Positions 42,343-50,646 of a stretch of 64,000 nt of DNA are shown piece after piece (position 1 is the stretch's first letter; each line of letters begins with the position of its first letter). The stretch lies in the IMG/VR virus record IMGVR_UViG_3300011211_000002. One strand, written 5' to 3'. The position numbers were made by a program, and so were the translations under genes. Under the pieces are notes generated by a model. The model saw nothing but the letters and a program-made list of their open reading frames with translations, was not told the origin of the DNA and did no database searches. The DNA comes from an uncultured virus (IMG/VR IMGVR_UViG_3300011211_000002) (Duplodnaviria; Heunggongvirae; Uroviricota; Caudoviricetes).

Positions 42343-43076
42343 TGGCTTACACATTCAAACAATCCTTTTTACCGTCTAATAAATATTCAATCAAGGCGCC
42401 ATATAACATGGTGCCTCAATATATCACAGTACACAACACAGCCAATGATGCACCAGCAACTAACGAAATTGCTTATATGATCAATAACAACAATCAAGTA
42501 TCTTACCACGTTGCTGTAGATGATAGAGAAGTAATTCAAGCAATTCCGTTTAATCGGAGTGCTTGGCATTGTGGGGATGGCGGAGGTAGTACGGATCCTA
42601 ATGCATTAAAGAAAGGCAACCGTATTTCTATTGGGATAGAAATTTGCTACAGCAAAAGTGGTGGTGTTCGCTATGGAGTTGCAGAGGAAAACGCTGTTCA
42701 ATACATTGCAAAGCTTTTAAAGCAGTATAGTTGGGGTATTGAACGAGTGAAGAAACATCAAGATTGGAATGGCAAATACTGTCCTCATCGTATTCTTGAT
42801 AATAAATCTTGGGGTAGCTTCCTGAATAGAGTTCAAAATGAATTAAGTAAGTTAAATAGCAACATCAGCATTAAACCTCCAATTACTAATGACGAAAGGG
42901 ATGATGATATAATGAAATTTACGAACGAGACAACAAAAGCAGCAGTACGCAATCACCTCAAACAAACGATTGATAAAAATCTGATTGATAAGTCATGGCT
43001 TGATAAATTTGATAATGGTACGATGACTGTTGGCGATTATGAAGGTTTGAAACTCATTATTTCACAACGTAGTTAA
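42342..43076 (+). CDS. Endolysin, N-acetylmuramoyl-L-alanine amidase (Amidase_2)
   Basis: ITVHNTAN, AWHCGDG, SIGIEIC, HQDW.GKYCP motifs. Confidence 0.93.
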   Translation: MAYTFKQSFLPSNKYSIKAPYNMVPQYITVHNTANDAPATNEIAYMINNNNQVSYHVAVDDREVIQAIPFNRSAWHCGDGGGSTDPNALKKGNRISIGIEICYSKSGGVRYGVAEENAVQYIAKLLKQYSWGIERVKKHQDWNGKYCPHRILDNKSWGSFLNRVQNELSKLNSNISIKPPITNDERDDDIMKFTNETTKAAVRNHLKQTIDKNLIDKSWLDKFDNGTMTVGDYEGLKLIISQRS

Positions 43077-43091
43077 TTAAAGAATAAACTT

Positions 43092-43137
43092 TTTATAAAT
43101 CCCTATCAGAAAACAAAACTGTATAGGGATTTATAAA
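43092..43137. terminator. Long inverted repeat between convergent genes (bidirectional terminator candidate)
   Basis: TTTATAAATCCCTAT / ATAGGGATTTATAAA 15-bp perfect arms. Confidence 0.65.
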
Positions 43138-43160
43138 GCTTTTTAATATATGCAAATTTC

Positions 43161-45440
43161 TCAATTCAACCACTTTACCTTTTCTTCTTCGCTAACAATC
43201 AGCCTATATCCAGACTGTTTTGTTTTTGGAGCCTCTAACCACCCCTCGTCAACTAAATCTCTCATTAAATCATTTAATTTATTTATATTTATTTTCATTA
43301 AATTACGCAAAGGCGATACCCTTGTTTCTCCTGTATTAGCTATAATTCTTTTTAATTTATCCAATTCACTTTCTTCAAATGCTTCCTCAACTTCAGGTAA
43401 GTCAAATTTCACCTTCTTCTGAGTAATTTTTCTTGCTATACTCCTAATCAATTTACCTTCTAGCCCATCATCATTTGGATCATCGACAATTAAACAACCT
43501 TGAAACCTAACATGTTCTTCCATTTGACCTTCTAAACACATTGTTCCATCCCCATTACCCAACAATTCATGCGGTGGCTTTGTATTTAAAAACGTCAAAT
43601 AGGTACGTGTATTTGAACAATAAAATCCTATTTTACTTGGTAAATTACTTTTAATTATTGAAGGAATTACATCAACACTAGGTCTTTGTGTGGCAATAAC
43701 TAGATGGATTCCTGCTGCCCTAGCTAATTGTGACAAACTTGCAACATGTTCATGTACCCTGTTATCTCTACTGCTCAATTCCGCATACTCATCAACAACA
43801 CAAATAATATAAGGCAGTTTATTAGGAAATTGTTTATTGTAATGAGCAATATTTTTCACATTACATTTCTTAAATAAATCGTATCTTCTATTCATTTCTT
43901 TAATTAATTGATTTAATAAAGCAATTGCTTCATTAACATCTGTAACAACAGATTGAACATGTGGGAAATCTTCAAACACGGTTAATTCAACTTGTTTAAT
44001 ATCGATCATATAGAATTGTACTTCTGATGGATTTTTAGTTGTTAAAAGAGTCAATATTAATTGATTTAACCATACCGATTTTCCTGAACCAGTTGTTCCG
44101 GCAACCAACAAGTGCTTTATTTTACTTATACATGAGAATAGAGGATCTCCAACTTCATTTACACCAACTAAAAATGCAAGTGGATTTTCTTTTGAATATT
44201 GTTTGAAATCATCTGTATCAATGTAATTTCTTAATAACACCTTCTGCCTTTTCTCCAATGGTAGCAATATATCAATTTCTCCTACTCCATCCCCTTGTTT
44301 TATCTGTAGATGTTTAACACCCATTTTTATTTGAATATCATCGACCACTGTAGATTTATTTAATTCTGAGAATCTCACCTCATCAGGTAGTTCAAATGTG
44401 AACCTCATTAATGTAGAACCTGACCTAGATCGTTTCATTGTTATTTCTTTATTAAAATTCTTAAATTCTCTCAACGCTGTAATAAATTTTTCTGCTATTA
44501 CCTTACCATTTACCTCAGATAAAACATTTCCCAATGGAAGTAATTTCACAAGATTATTACCAGTTTCTATATTTGTTAATTGATCATTTGTATTTGTTTT
44601 TTCTACATACAATCCTTCATCAATCATCATGAATGGCAAGACTTCTGAAGATGATAGTACATAATGTTTACTATTGTAGTCTAATTTCCTCTTTAATATA
44701 TTACCGATTAATTCTGAAGAGGAATCCGTATTGACTATCCATTGATTTGTGTATGAATACTCATTAATTTTACTTTCAATTTGTCGAATCAAATTTTTAT
44801 GTTCTTCTCTATTTCCACCACTCAAAATAAATCTCAGGTTGAATCGATACCCATTCTCTTCTAATTTCCTCTTTACCTCTTCTATTTCTGAATGTTTATT
44901 TTCCCATTTTAGAAAATTATCAAGTTTATCATTTATTCCACGTTGTATTTTTCTAAGAAATCCATAATTAGATGGGTTCTGAACGCCATTTAAATAGTCT
45001 TCATACTGATCATTTAGTCTTTCTTTCCAGTTATCTTGTCTGAATACAAGTAATATCTGGTACATGATATCAATATGAGGGGGACATACTGAGCAAATTA
45101 ATTTCCAAAATGAGTCATTCATATTCATTTCTACAGGAAATAATGAGCTTTTAGAAGTGAACAGCTCTCCACACGTCAAATTCTCACTCTTTGGATTTAA
45201 ATTATACTGTAGATTTTGATTACCTATTGAATTATCAAATATAAATTTAAAGTTTGGTGGAGAAAAGAATATGAAACTTTCTACATTTGATACTCTATTA
45301 GCTTCTACTCCAAAAACTCCATCAATAAATGAATTTGATAATATTTCTTTTACAACACTCTTACTCAAAGAGGATATATCATAATCACTGTATTTTTCAT
45401 TTGAAGTTATGCTTGGATTTATCAGCCTTTTCAAGCTCAT
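43161..45440 (-). CDS. FtsK/SpoIIIE-family ATPase
   Basis: HLLVAGTTGSGKS, IDIKQVEL, VVDEYAEL, ARAAGIHLVIATQRP, LLGNGD. Confidence 0.93.
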   Translation of the reverse strand: MSLKRLINPSITSNEKYSDYDISSLSKSVVKEILSNSFIDGVFGVEANRVSNVESFIFFSPPNFKFIFDNSIGNQNLQYNLNPKSENLTCGELFTSKSSLFPVEMNMNDSFWKLICSVCPPHIDIMYQILLVFRQDNWKERLNDQYEDYLNGVQNPSNYGFLRKIQRGINDKLDNFLKWENKHSEIEEVKRKLEENGYRFNLRFILSGGNREEHKNLIRQIESKINEYSYTNQWIVNTDSSSELIGNILKRKLDYNSKHYVLSSSEVLPFMMIDEGLYVEKTNTNDQLTNIETGNNLVKLLPLGNVLSEVNGKVIAEKFITALREFKNFNKEITMKRSRSGSTLMRFTFELPDEVRFSELNKSTVVDDIQIKMGVKHLQIKQGDGVGEIDILLPLEKRQKVLLRNYIDTDDFKQYSKENPLAFLVGVNEVGDPLFSCISKIKHLLVAGTTGSGKSVWLNQLILTLLTTKNPSEVQFYMIDIKQVELTVFEDFPHVQSVVTDVNEAIALLNQLIKEMNRRYDLFKKCNVKNIAHYNKQFPNKLPYIICVVDEYAELSSRDNRVHEHVASLSQLARAAGIHLVIATQRPSVDVIPSIIKSNLPSKIGFYCSNTRTYLTFLNTKPPHELLGNGDGTMCLEGQMEEHVRFQGCLIVDDPNDDGLEGKLIRSIARKITQKKVKFDLPEVEEAFEESELDKLKRIIANTGETRVSPLRNLMKININKLNDLMRDLVDEGWLEAPKTKQSGYRLIVSEEEKVKWLN

Positions 45441-46470
45441 TTAAATTTCCCACTCCTTATTGGATTTCTACTGTTTAATTTAAACTTCTTCTTAATCATT
45501 GTGACAGGTCTAACAGCATTAAATGCACCATTCCACATCGAAGTAACGTCTTCTCCTCTATCAATATATCTAAATAAGAAATTTGGAGGAGTATTCATTC
45601 TCCAAAGTCCCCCTATGACAACCCCCAATTGAATTAAAACATCCCATGAATCATTAGTTATTTTCGTTCCAAATAATAAAGTTCCAATTAGCAGTAAGAA
45701 TATTGCATAGACAACTTGAACAAAAGCACATTTTTTAATGTGTTCTCTCCACATAATGAACCAGTGTTCTTGTGCCGCAAATACCCAACATGCCAATGCT
45801 AATGGTGTCATAACACCTAAAGCAAGTAGATCAAACCATCTTCTGAAATTCTGTAAGAGTATAGGAATTAACATAGTGATCAAAGCTATATCAAATCCGA
45901 TAAAGCCAAACATTTGCAGTAAAGATATATCATTAGCTGACAGTTGACTCATACCTTTTTCCATTTGGAACTTTCCAAAATCAATTATTATATCAGTAAG
46001 TTTATTTAATCCTTTAAACATGTAATAAAACGCACTAGGTGCAATAGCTGAACCTAAAACAACTAACGGAATCCTTTTAGTTATCCGTTTTAAATCAGTT
46101 GGCTTTTTATTTTCTATTAGATCACCAGACATCATTTTCAACCCTTCAAACATTGAAAGTATTATGGATGCTGCAATAGATAACCCTGTGAATGTTAAGA
46201 TATTTCCCTTAAACCACTCAGTATTAAATAAAAGTGAAGGTGTATGTAGGACTACTTTTGACAATGTCTCATAAACCCAAAACATTAAGTCAGTTGATAA
46301 TTCAGTTATGTTTTGTTTTATGTTTTTAAACCAATCAAATATTTTATATATGGTGTCAATGATTGAGCTTACTTTTGTTTGTGTCTCTTTAGGAATAGGA
46401 TTTAATTTGTCATACCAAGCAGCAGATACTTTTATCTGGAATGTAGTTAATGTAGCAAATGGTACAGTTA
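45437..46470 (-). CDS. Multi-pass membrane protein, VirB6/TrbL-like (start uncertain)
   Basis: Five to six hydrophobic segments, R..DL..L...PLA pattern; upstream part of computed ORF overlaps neighbouring gene. Confidence 0.6.
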
Positions 46471-46473
46471 ATG

Positions 46474-47025
46474 TTAAAAGAATGCATCTAAGCCACGGAC
46501 GTTTTTGAAGATTAAAGCAGTTAGAGTGGTTAGTATAAGAATAATTACTGGTGCTAGTAACACCTGACCAAAGCCTTTTATCACATTCACTGACCATTCC
46601 CTTGCTTTTCTTTCGTTCCCTATCATTCTGTAAACTCCTGCACCCATTAGAAACAGAATTGCCAATGCAACTGAAACTGTCCCAAAGGCTAAAATCAACT
46701 GTTTCAGGATGTCTATAACTTCTGGAGGTAATAACTCTATCCCGTGTGATTTCTCTAACAGTGGAAAGTTTGTTATTTCTTGTGCATGAGTTATTTTTGT
46801 TGACGCAAGTATCGGTATTATCAGCAAAGATAACTTTTTTAGTTTTGTATAAAATCGTATTTGTACTTTTTTCGGTAACAGTTTCACCTCCTTTGTTAAC
46901 TCTTCTATAAAAGGTGCAATTTGTTCTGTATTTCTTTTCATTCTTAATTCGCATGAATCATTGTCGTAAATTGACATATGTCGAACACCATTATTGTAAT
47001 GGTAGTTTACTATTAGACTTGTCAT
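46474..47025 (-). CDS. Membrane protein, VirB2/TrbC pilin-like C-terminus
   Basis: Signal-like segment ending THA-QE followed by two TM helices with basic linker. Confidence 0.55.
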   Translation of the reverse strand: MTSLIVNYHYNNGVRHMSIYDNDSCELRMKRNTEQIAPFIEELTKEVKLLPKKVQIRFYTKLKKLSLLIIPILASTKITHAQEITNFPLLEKSHGIELLPPEVIDILKQLILAFGTVSVALAILFLMGAGVYRMIGNERKAREWSVNVIKGFGQVLLAPVIILILTTLTALIFKNVRGLDAFF

Positions 47026-47128
47026 TCTGTTTCCCTCCTCCATGATACCAATTCAAAATAGATGACATACCAATAAATCCACCTAAAACAATTCCTACTT
47101 GACCTAACAACACAACAATTCCACTCAT
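46991..47128 (-). CDS. Small hydrophobic protein (45 aa, not in ORF track)
   Basis: RBS AGGAGG, ATG, MSGIVVLLGQVGIVLGGFIGMSSILNW. Confidence 0.5.
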   Translation of the reverse strand: MSGIVVLLGQVGIVLGGFIGMSSILNWYHGGGKQNDKSNSKLPLQ

Positions 47129-47209
47129 GATATTCCTCCTTTAAAATGTATTAAATAAATTTAAATGGACAGATTAATAGTGTAAAACTTAAAAAGGAGT
47201 TGCTGTTGT

Positions 47210-47386
47210 ATGGGTATGTTCTTTAATGATTGGTTACATCGTCCTCAATCTGATTGGAAAGTAAATTTAGATAGCTGCGACCCTAGATTATTTAGTGAAT
47301 TAAAAATGGAAAGAAAAGAAGTTGAAGAGATTTTAGAAATTCTTGATGAGTTTGGAGTATTTGCAAAAGTACATTACGAAGAGTAA
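47210..47386 (+). CDS. Small hypothetical protein (58 aa, not in ORF track)
   Basis: RBS AAGGAG; MGMFFNDWLHRPQSDWK...HYEE. Confidence 0.5.
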   Translation: MGMFFNDWLHRPQSDWKVNLDSCDPRLFSELKMERKEVEEILEILDEFGVFAKVHYEE

Positions 47387-47773
47387 TTCTTATTTGTATT
47401 TGTATAATTTTTAAGTAGATTTTTCTTATTATTATCGGTGTCAATGTGTTGATCCCTGTGATAATTAAGCTAATTCTTAGCGATAATTTGATTTTTTGAT
47501 AATTAGCTCTGTTCAATGCCATATTATCTCAAATAAATTGAAAATATACCTTAACTTTTAAAAACAGTTTTGATGTTTCATTTACAATGACTCATTGCAT
47601 TTTTGTAATGGGATTTTTTAATTTAAAAATGTTTTAAATTCTTTTGAACTTACTCGTAATTTATGTAGCTATGATAAAAAGAATTACAAATTATTAAAAA
47701 TTATTTTAAATAATTTCAAACATATCCCCTTCAAGATTGGCATAAATATTAAATATGAAGGGAGTGGTATGTC

Positions 47774-47986
47774 TTGGCTATAGTCAGATCAGAACAAGAA
47801 GCTGAACGTATAATAGAAGAACTTTTGCAAAAAGGAAAAGGAAAATACATCACTCAAAGTGTTTTATTTAAAAAGGACAGTCCCCAACAATTAGAATTGT
47901 TAAAAAACGTATTAATGAGGACTACATCATTTGGCGAATTTGCAAGAAAAGCTTTAATTGAATATCTTGAAACAGAAAATAAATAA
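47774..47986 (+). CDS. ParR-like small DNA-binding protein, paralog of 49054-49359
   Basis: Shares RSE.EAE....KGKYITQ.V.F.K.S..Q.ELLK. Confidence 0.6.
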   Translation: MAIVRSEQEAERIIEELLQKGKGKYITQSVLFKKDSPQQLELLKNVLMRTTSFGEFARKALIEYLETENK

Positions 47987-48230
47987 GGTAAAGAAACCAT
48001 CAATTATCTCTAATTAAAGAGTAAAAGATGGTTTTTGTTTGGAGATTTATTACTTTAAATAATATCCCCATTTTATTTAATTTTAAGGACTTTAAAACCC
48101 AATGTTTACAAGGGTTTCGTAAATCAAAAAAGTTTAAAACATCTCAAATATCTTTAAAATTTTACTCATTTTTATAAATGTCCCACATAAACTAAATTAA
48201 CATCAATAAATTGAGCGAAAGGGGATTTTA

Positions 48231-49067
48231 TTGAATAACAATGTTGTGGGAGTAGTTGCGATTGATGACGGAGGCAATTCAACTTGTGTCGTAACGAAAG
48301 ATGTGAAAGAAAACTTCCCTAGTGTGAAAGGTTATTTTGGTAAAAGAAATCTAACTGAAATAACACATAAACATGATTTCATAGTCGATTACAAAGGACA
48401 GAAATATGTTGCAGGAATGTTAGCTAAATATGATTGCACCCTACCCTTACAAATGCATACGGAAACAAAACAACATGATTTTTATGACTTGTCCGTCTTA
48501 ATTGCGATACATCAATATGGTTACTTGGCAAATAACATAGTTGTTTCTGTTCCAATAAAAAGCTATTCATTACAAGAAAGAGATGGTCGATTACAACGCC
48601 TTAAAGGATCACATACTATAATGGTTAACGGTGTTTCCAAAACCTTTTCTATCAATGATGTAAAAGTTGCTCCTGAAACTGCTTCAGCATTTTTTATAAA
48701 TGAACCTAATGGTAAGTCAAGATTCATTGATTTTGGATCACGGACTATTGGTGCTGCCACAACTATAAAAGAAGGCGATGTAATTAGATTTATTGACACT
48801 GAAAGTGATACATTTTTCGGAGTAGGATTAGAAGCTTTAGATGGTAATTATAGCCCTAAAGGATTGGCAGAATATATCTGTGGAATGTTATGTAAAATGT
48901 GGGGAAAACACGATATTGTATATCTTCTTGGTGGAGGAGCTTTAGATACTCAATTAGTTACTTATGTTAAAGAATTCTTTCCGAACGCAGAAGTAATGGA
49001 GAATCCAAAAATGTGTAATGCAATTGGAATGTATAACTCAGGGAGGTCAGCATATGGGATATCTTAG
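48231..49067 (+). CDS. ParM/StbA-family actin-like ATPase
   Basis: IDDGGNST phosphate-1, PE, IDFGSRT phosphate-2, LGGGA, NAIGMY. Confidence 0.85.
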   Translation: MNNNVVGVVAIDDGGNSTCVVTKDVKENFPSVKGYFGKRNLTEITHKHDFIVDYKGQKYVAGMLAKYDCTLPLQMHTETKQHDFYDLSVLIAIHQYGYLANNIVVSVPIKSYSLQERDGRLQRLKGSHTIMVNGVSKTFSINDVKVAPETASAFFINEPNGKSRFIDFGSRTIGAATTIKEGDVIRFIDTESDTFFGVGLEALDGNYSPKGLAEYICGMLCKMWGKHDIVYLLGGGALDTQLVTYVKEFFPNAEVMENPKMCNAIGMYNSGRSAYGIS

Positions 49068-49359
49068 ATCAGAAGAAGAAGCCGAAGTAATGATTAGAGA
49101 AATGAAGAGGAAGACTAAAGGTAAGTATATAACTCAAGCAGTCACCTTTAATAAAGAAAGTGAACGTCAAATGGAGCTATTGAAATATGCTTTAATGCAT
49201 TCTACATCCTTTAGTGGACTTGGTAAGGAATTAATTGCAGAAAAATTTGAAAGTAAAGTGGAGCAACGTGAGAAAAAAGTTATTAACTCCCCTACTTCTC
49301 CAACATATAATCCAACTGAGATAGTTGAAAAGAAAAGTACAGGTAACTTCCTTTTATAA
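49054..49359 (+). CDS. ParR-like adaptor
   Basis: Small gene overlapping ParM end; RHH-like core plus low-complexity C-tail. Confidence 0.65.
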   Translation: MGYLRSEEEAEVMIREMKRKTKGKYITQAVTFNKESERQMELLKYALMHSTSFSGLGKELIAEKFESKVEQREKKVINSPTSPTYNPTEIVEKKSTGNFLL

Positions 49360-49414
49360 ATTATTAAAATGTTTAAAATTCAACATTTCTTCGTTTAAAA
49401 GTATTTAAATATAA

Positions 49415-49468
49415 ATAAGAAATCATGAGATATCTTTAAATTTATGAAGATAGTACATGATTTCTTAT
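49415..49468. terminator. Inverted repeat between convergent parR-like and yfkA-like genes
   Basis: ATAAGAAATCATG / CATGATTTCTTAT arms. Confidence 0.55.
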
Positions 49469-49479
49469 GATGTTAGTAC

Positions 49480-50583
49480 CTATTTAACTGAACCACTAAT
49501 AAAAGTTTTATCAGGATAGTACATGTTTTTAACAATGATATTTGAACCCAAGCACTTAACAGCAGGACAGTGACAGTTAATGCTATTTGAAATATTGGTA
49601 CTTAACCACTTGTCATAAATATTAATTAGCGATTGTTCTTTAATATTACCTAATGCTGCTCCATCATCAGTGAAATCTGATACTGAAATATCTCCAGTAA
49701 ATATGTTTAGGTTCATTCTTGATCGACCATCTACATCATTTCTGATTGTAGTATTAGATGTATTGTTAATTCTTTGTAATAAGTCTAAGTCACGCTTATC
49801 TGAACTACAAGCATAGAAAGGTAATGTACCAAATAGTATCCAAATATCTTCATTTCTGAAGTCTAGAATATTATTAACCGTTTCTCTGTATTCATCTAAA
49901 CCTATAGTTTCTAAGTTTTCAGCGTAGTCACTGGCATACATAGGGTGAATCTCGTGCCTCTTACATAGCATTTCACTAGCTACTTCATTATGAATCTTCT
50001 CAAGATAAGGAACTGTATTGCGATTTAACATCGTTTCAGCAGATACAAACATTCCACCTTTTGATAACTCTCTAGCATTATCTAGGATGTTTCTGTATAA
50101 TTCTGTTCTTTTTTGTACAGGAGGCTTTCTTTCCATCATTGCAAATCCTGTTTCAACAAATTCCTCTTCATTGCACCAGTTATGTGAAATGTGCATAACG
50201 TCAAGATATGGAGCTACCAATTCATAATGATCCATAGGTAACGTTAAATTTGAGTTGATTTGAGTTTTAATGTTTCTACTTTTGGCATATTTAAGAAGTG
50301 GCAATAAATTATCTCTAATACCCTTCTTAGTTAATAATGGCTCTCCACCAGTAAAACTCATTGTACGTAGAGTATCCACTTCATCTAATTGTCTTAGGAT
50401 ATCATCTATTGAAAGTGATTGGGCTTCTTTGGTTGTTAAAGCGTAACCTACTGCACAATGGGCGCAACGCATATTGCATAAATTTGTAGTTGTAAATTCA
50501 ATATTTGATAAAGTTAGTTTTCCATACTTCTCAATGTCATGGTAGCTCTCCCATGTGTCATATGGCTTATATATAGTATTCAT
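49480..50583 (-). CDS. yfkA: YfkA/YfkAB-family radical SAM protein
   Basis: EFTTT.LCNMRC.HCAVGY CxxxCxxC motif, TGGEP, HEIHPMY, C-terminal CHCP...CLG. Confidence 0.88.
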   Translation of the reverse strand: MNTIYKPYDTWESYHDIEKYGKLTLSNIEFTTTNLCNMRCAHCAVGYALTTKEAQSLSIDDILRQLDEVDTLRTMSFTGGEPLLTKKGIRDNLLPLLKYAKSRNIKTQINSNLTLPMDHYELVAPYLDVMHISHNWCNEEEFVETGFAMMERKPPVQKRTELYRNILDNARELSKGGMFVSAETMLNRNTVPYLEKIHNEVASEMLCKRHEIHPMYASDYAENLETIGLDEYRETVNNILDFRNEDIWILFGTLPFYACSSDKRDLDLLQRINNTSNTTIRNDVDGRSRMNLNIFTGDISVSDFTDDGAALGNIKEQSLINIYDKWLSTNISNSINCHCPAVKCLGSNIIVKNMYYPDKTFISGSVK

Positions 50584-50646
50584 GTATAAAAAATCTCCTT
50601 TTCTGCTATACAATTCTCGCATAGTTTGAAGAGATAATAAAGTACT

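Noticed and set aside
43092..43137. attP or hairpin-telomere site at the long palindrome
   Set aside because: Lies between convergent genes with flanking T/A runs, so a bidirectional terminator is simpler; no protelomerase is seen and the integrase is 7.5 kb away
46475..46954. N-terminal ~160 aa of the computed 505-aa ORF
   Set aside because: Fully overlaps the pilin-like gene and has non-protein-like composition
47990..48230. parC centromere iterons
   Set aside because: Only AT-rich TTTAAA-type words and one imperfect palindrome (AAACCC..TGT/ACAAGGGTTT); no convincing regular direct repeats
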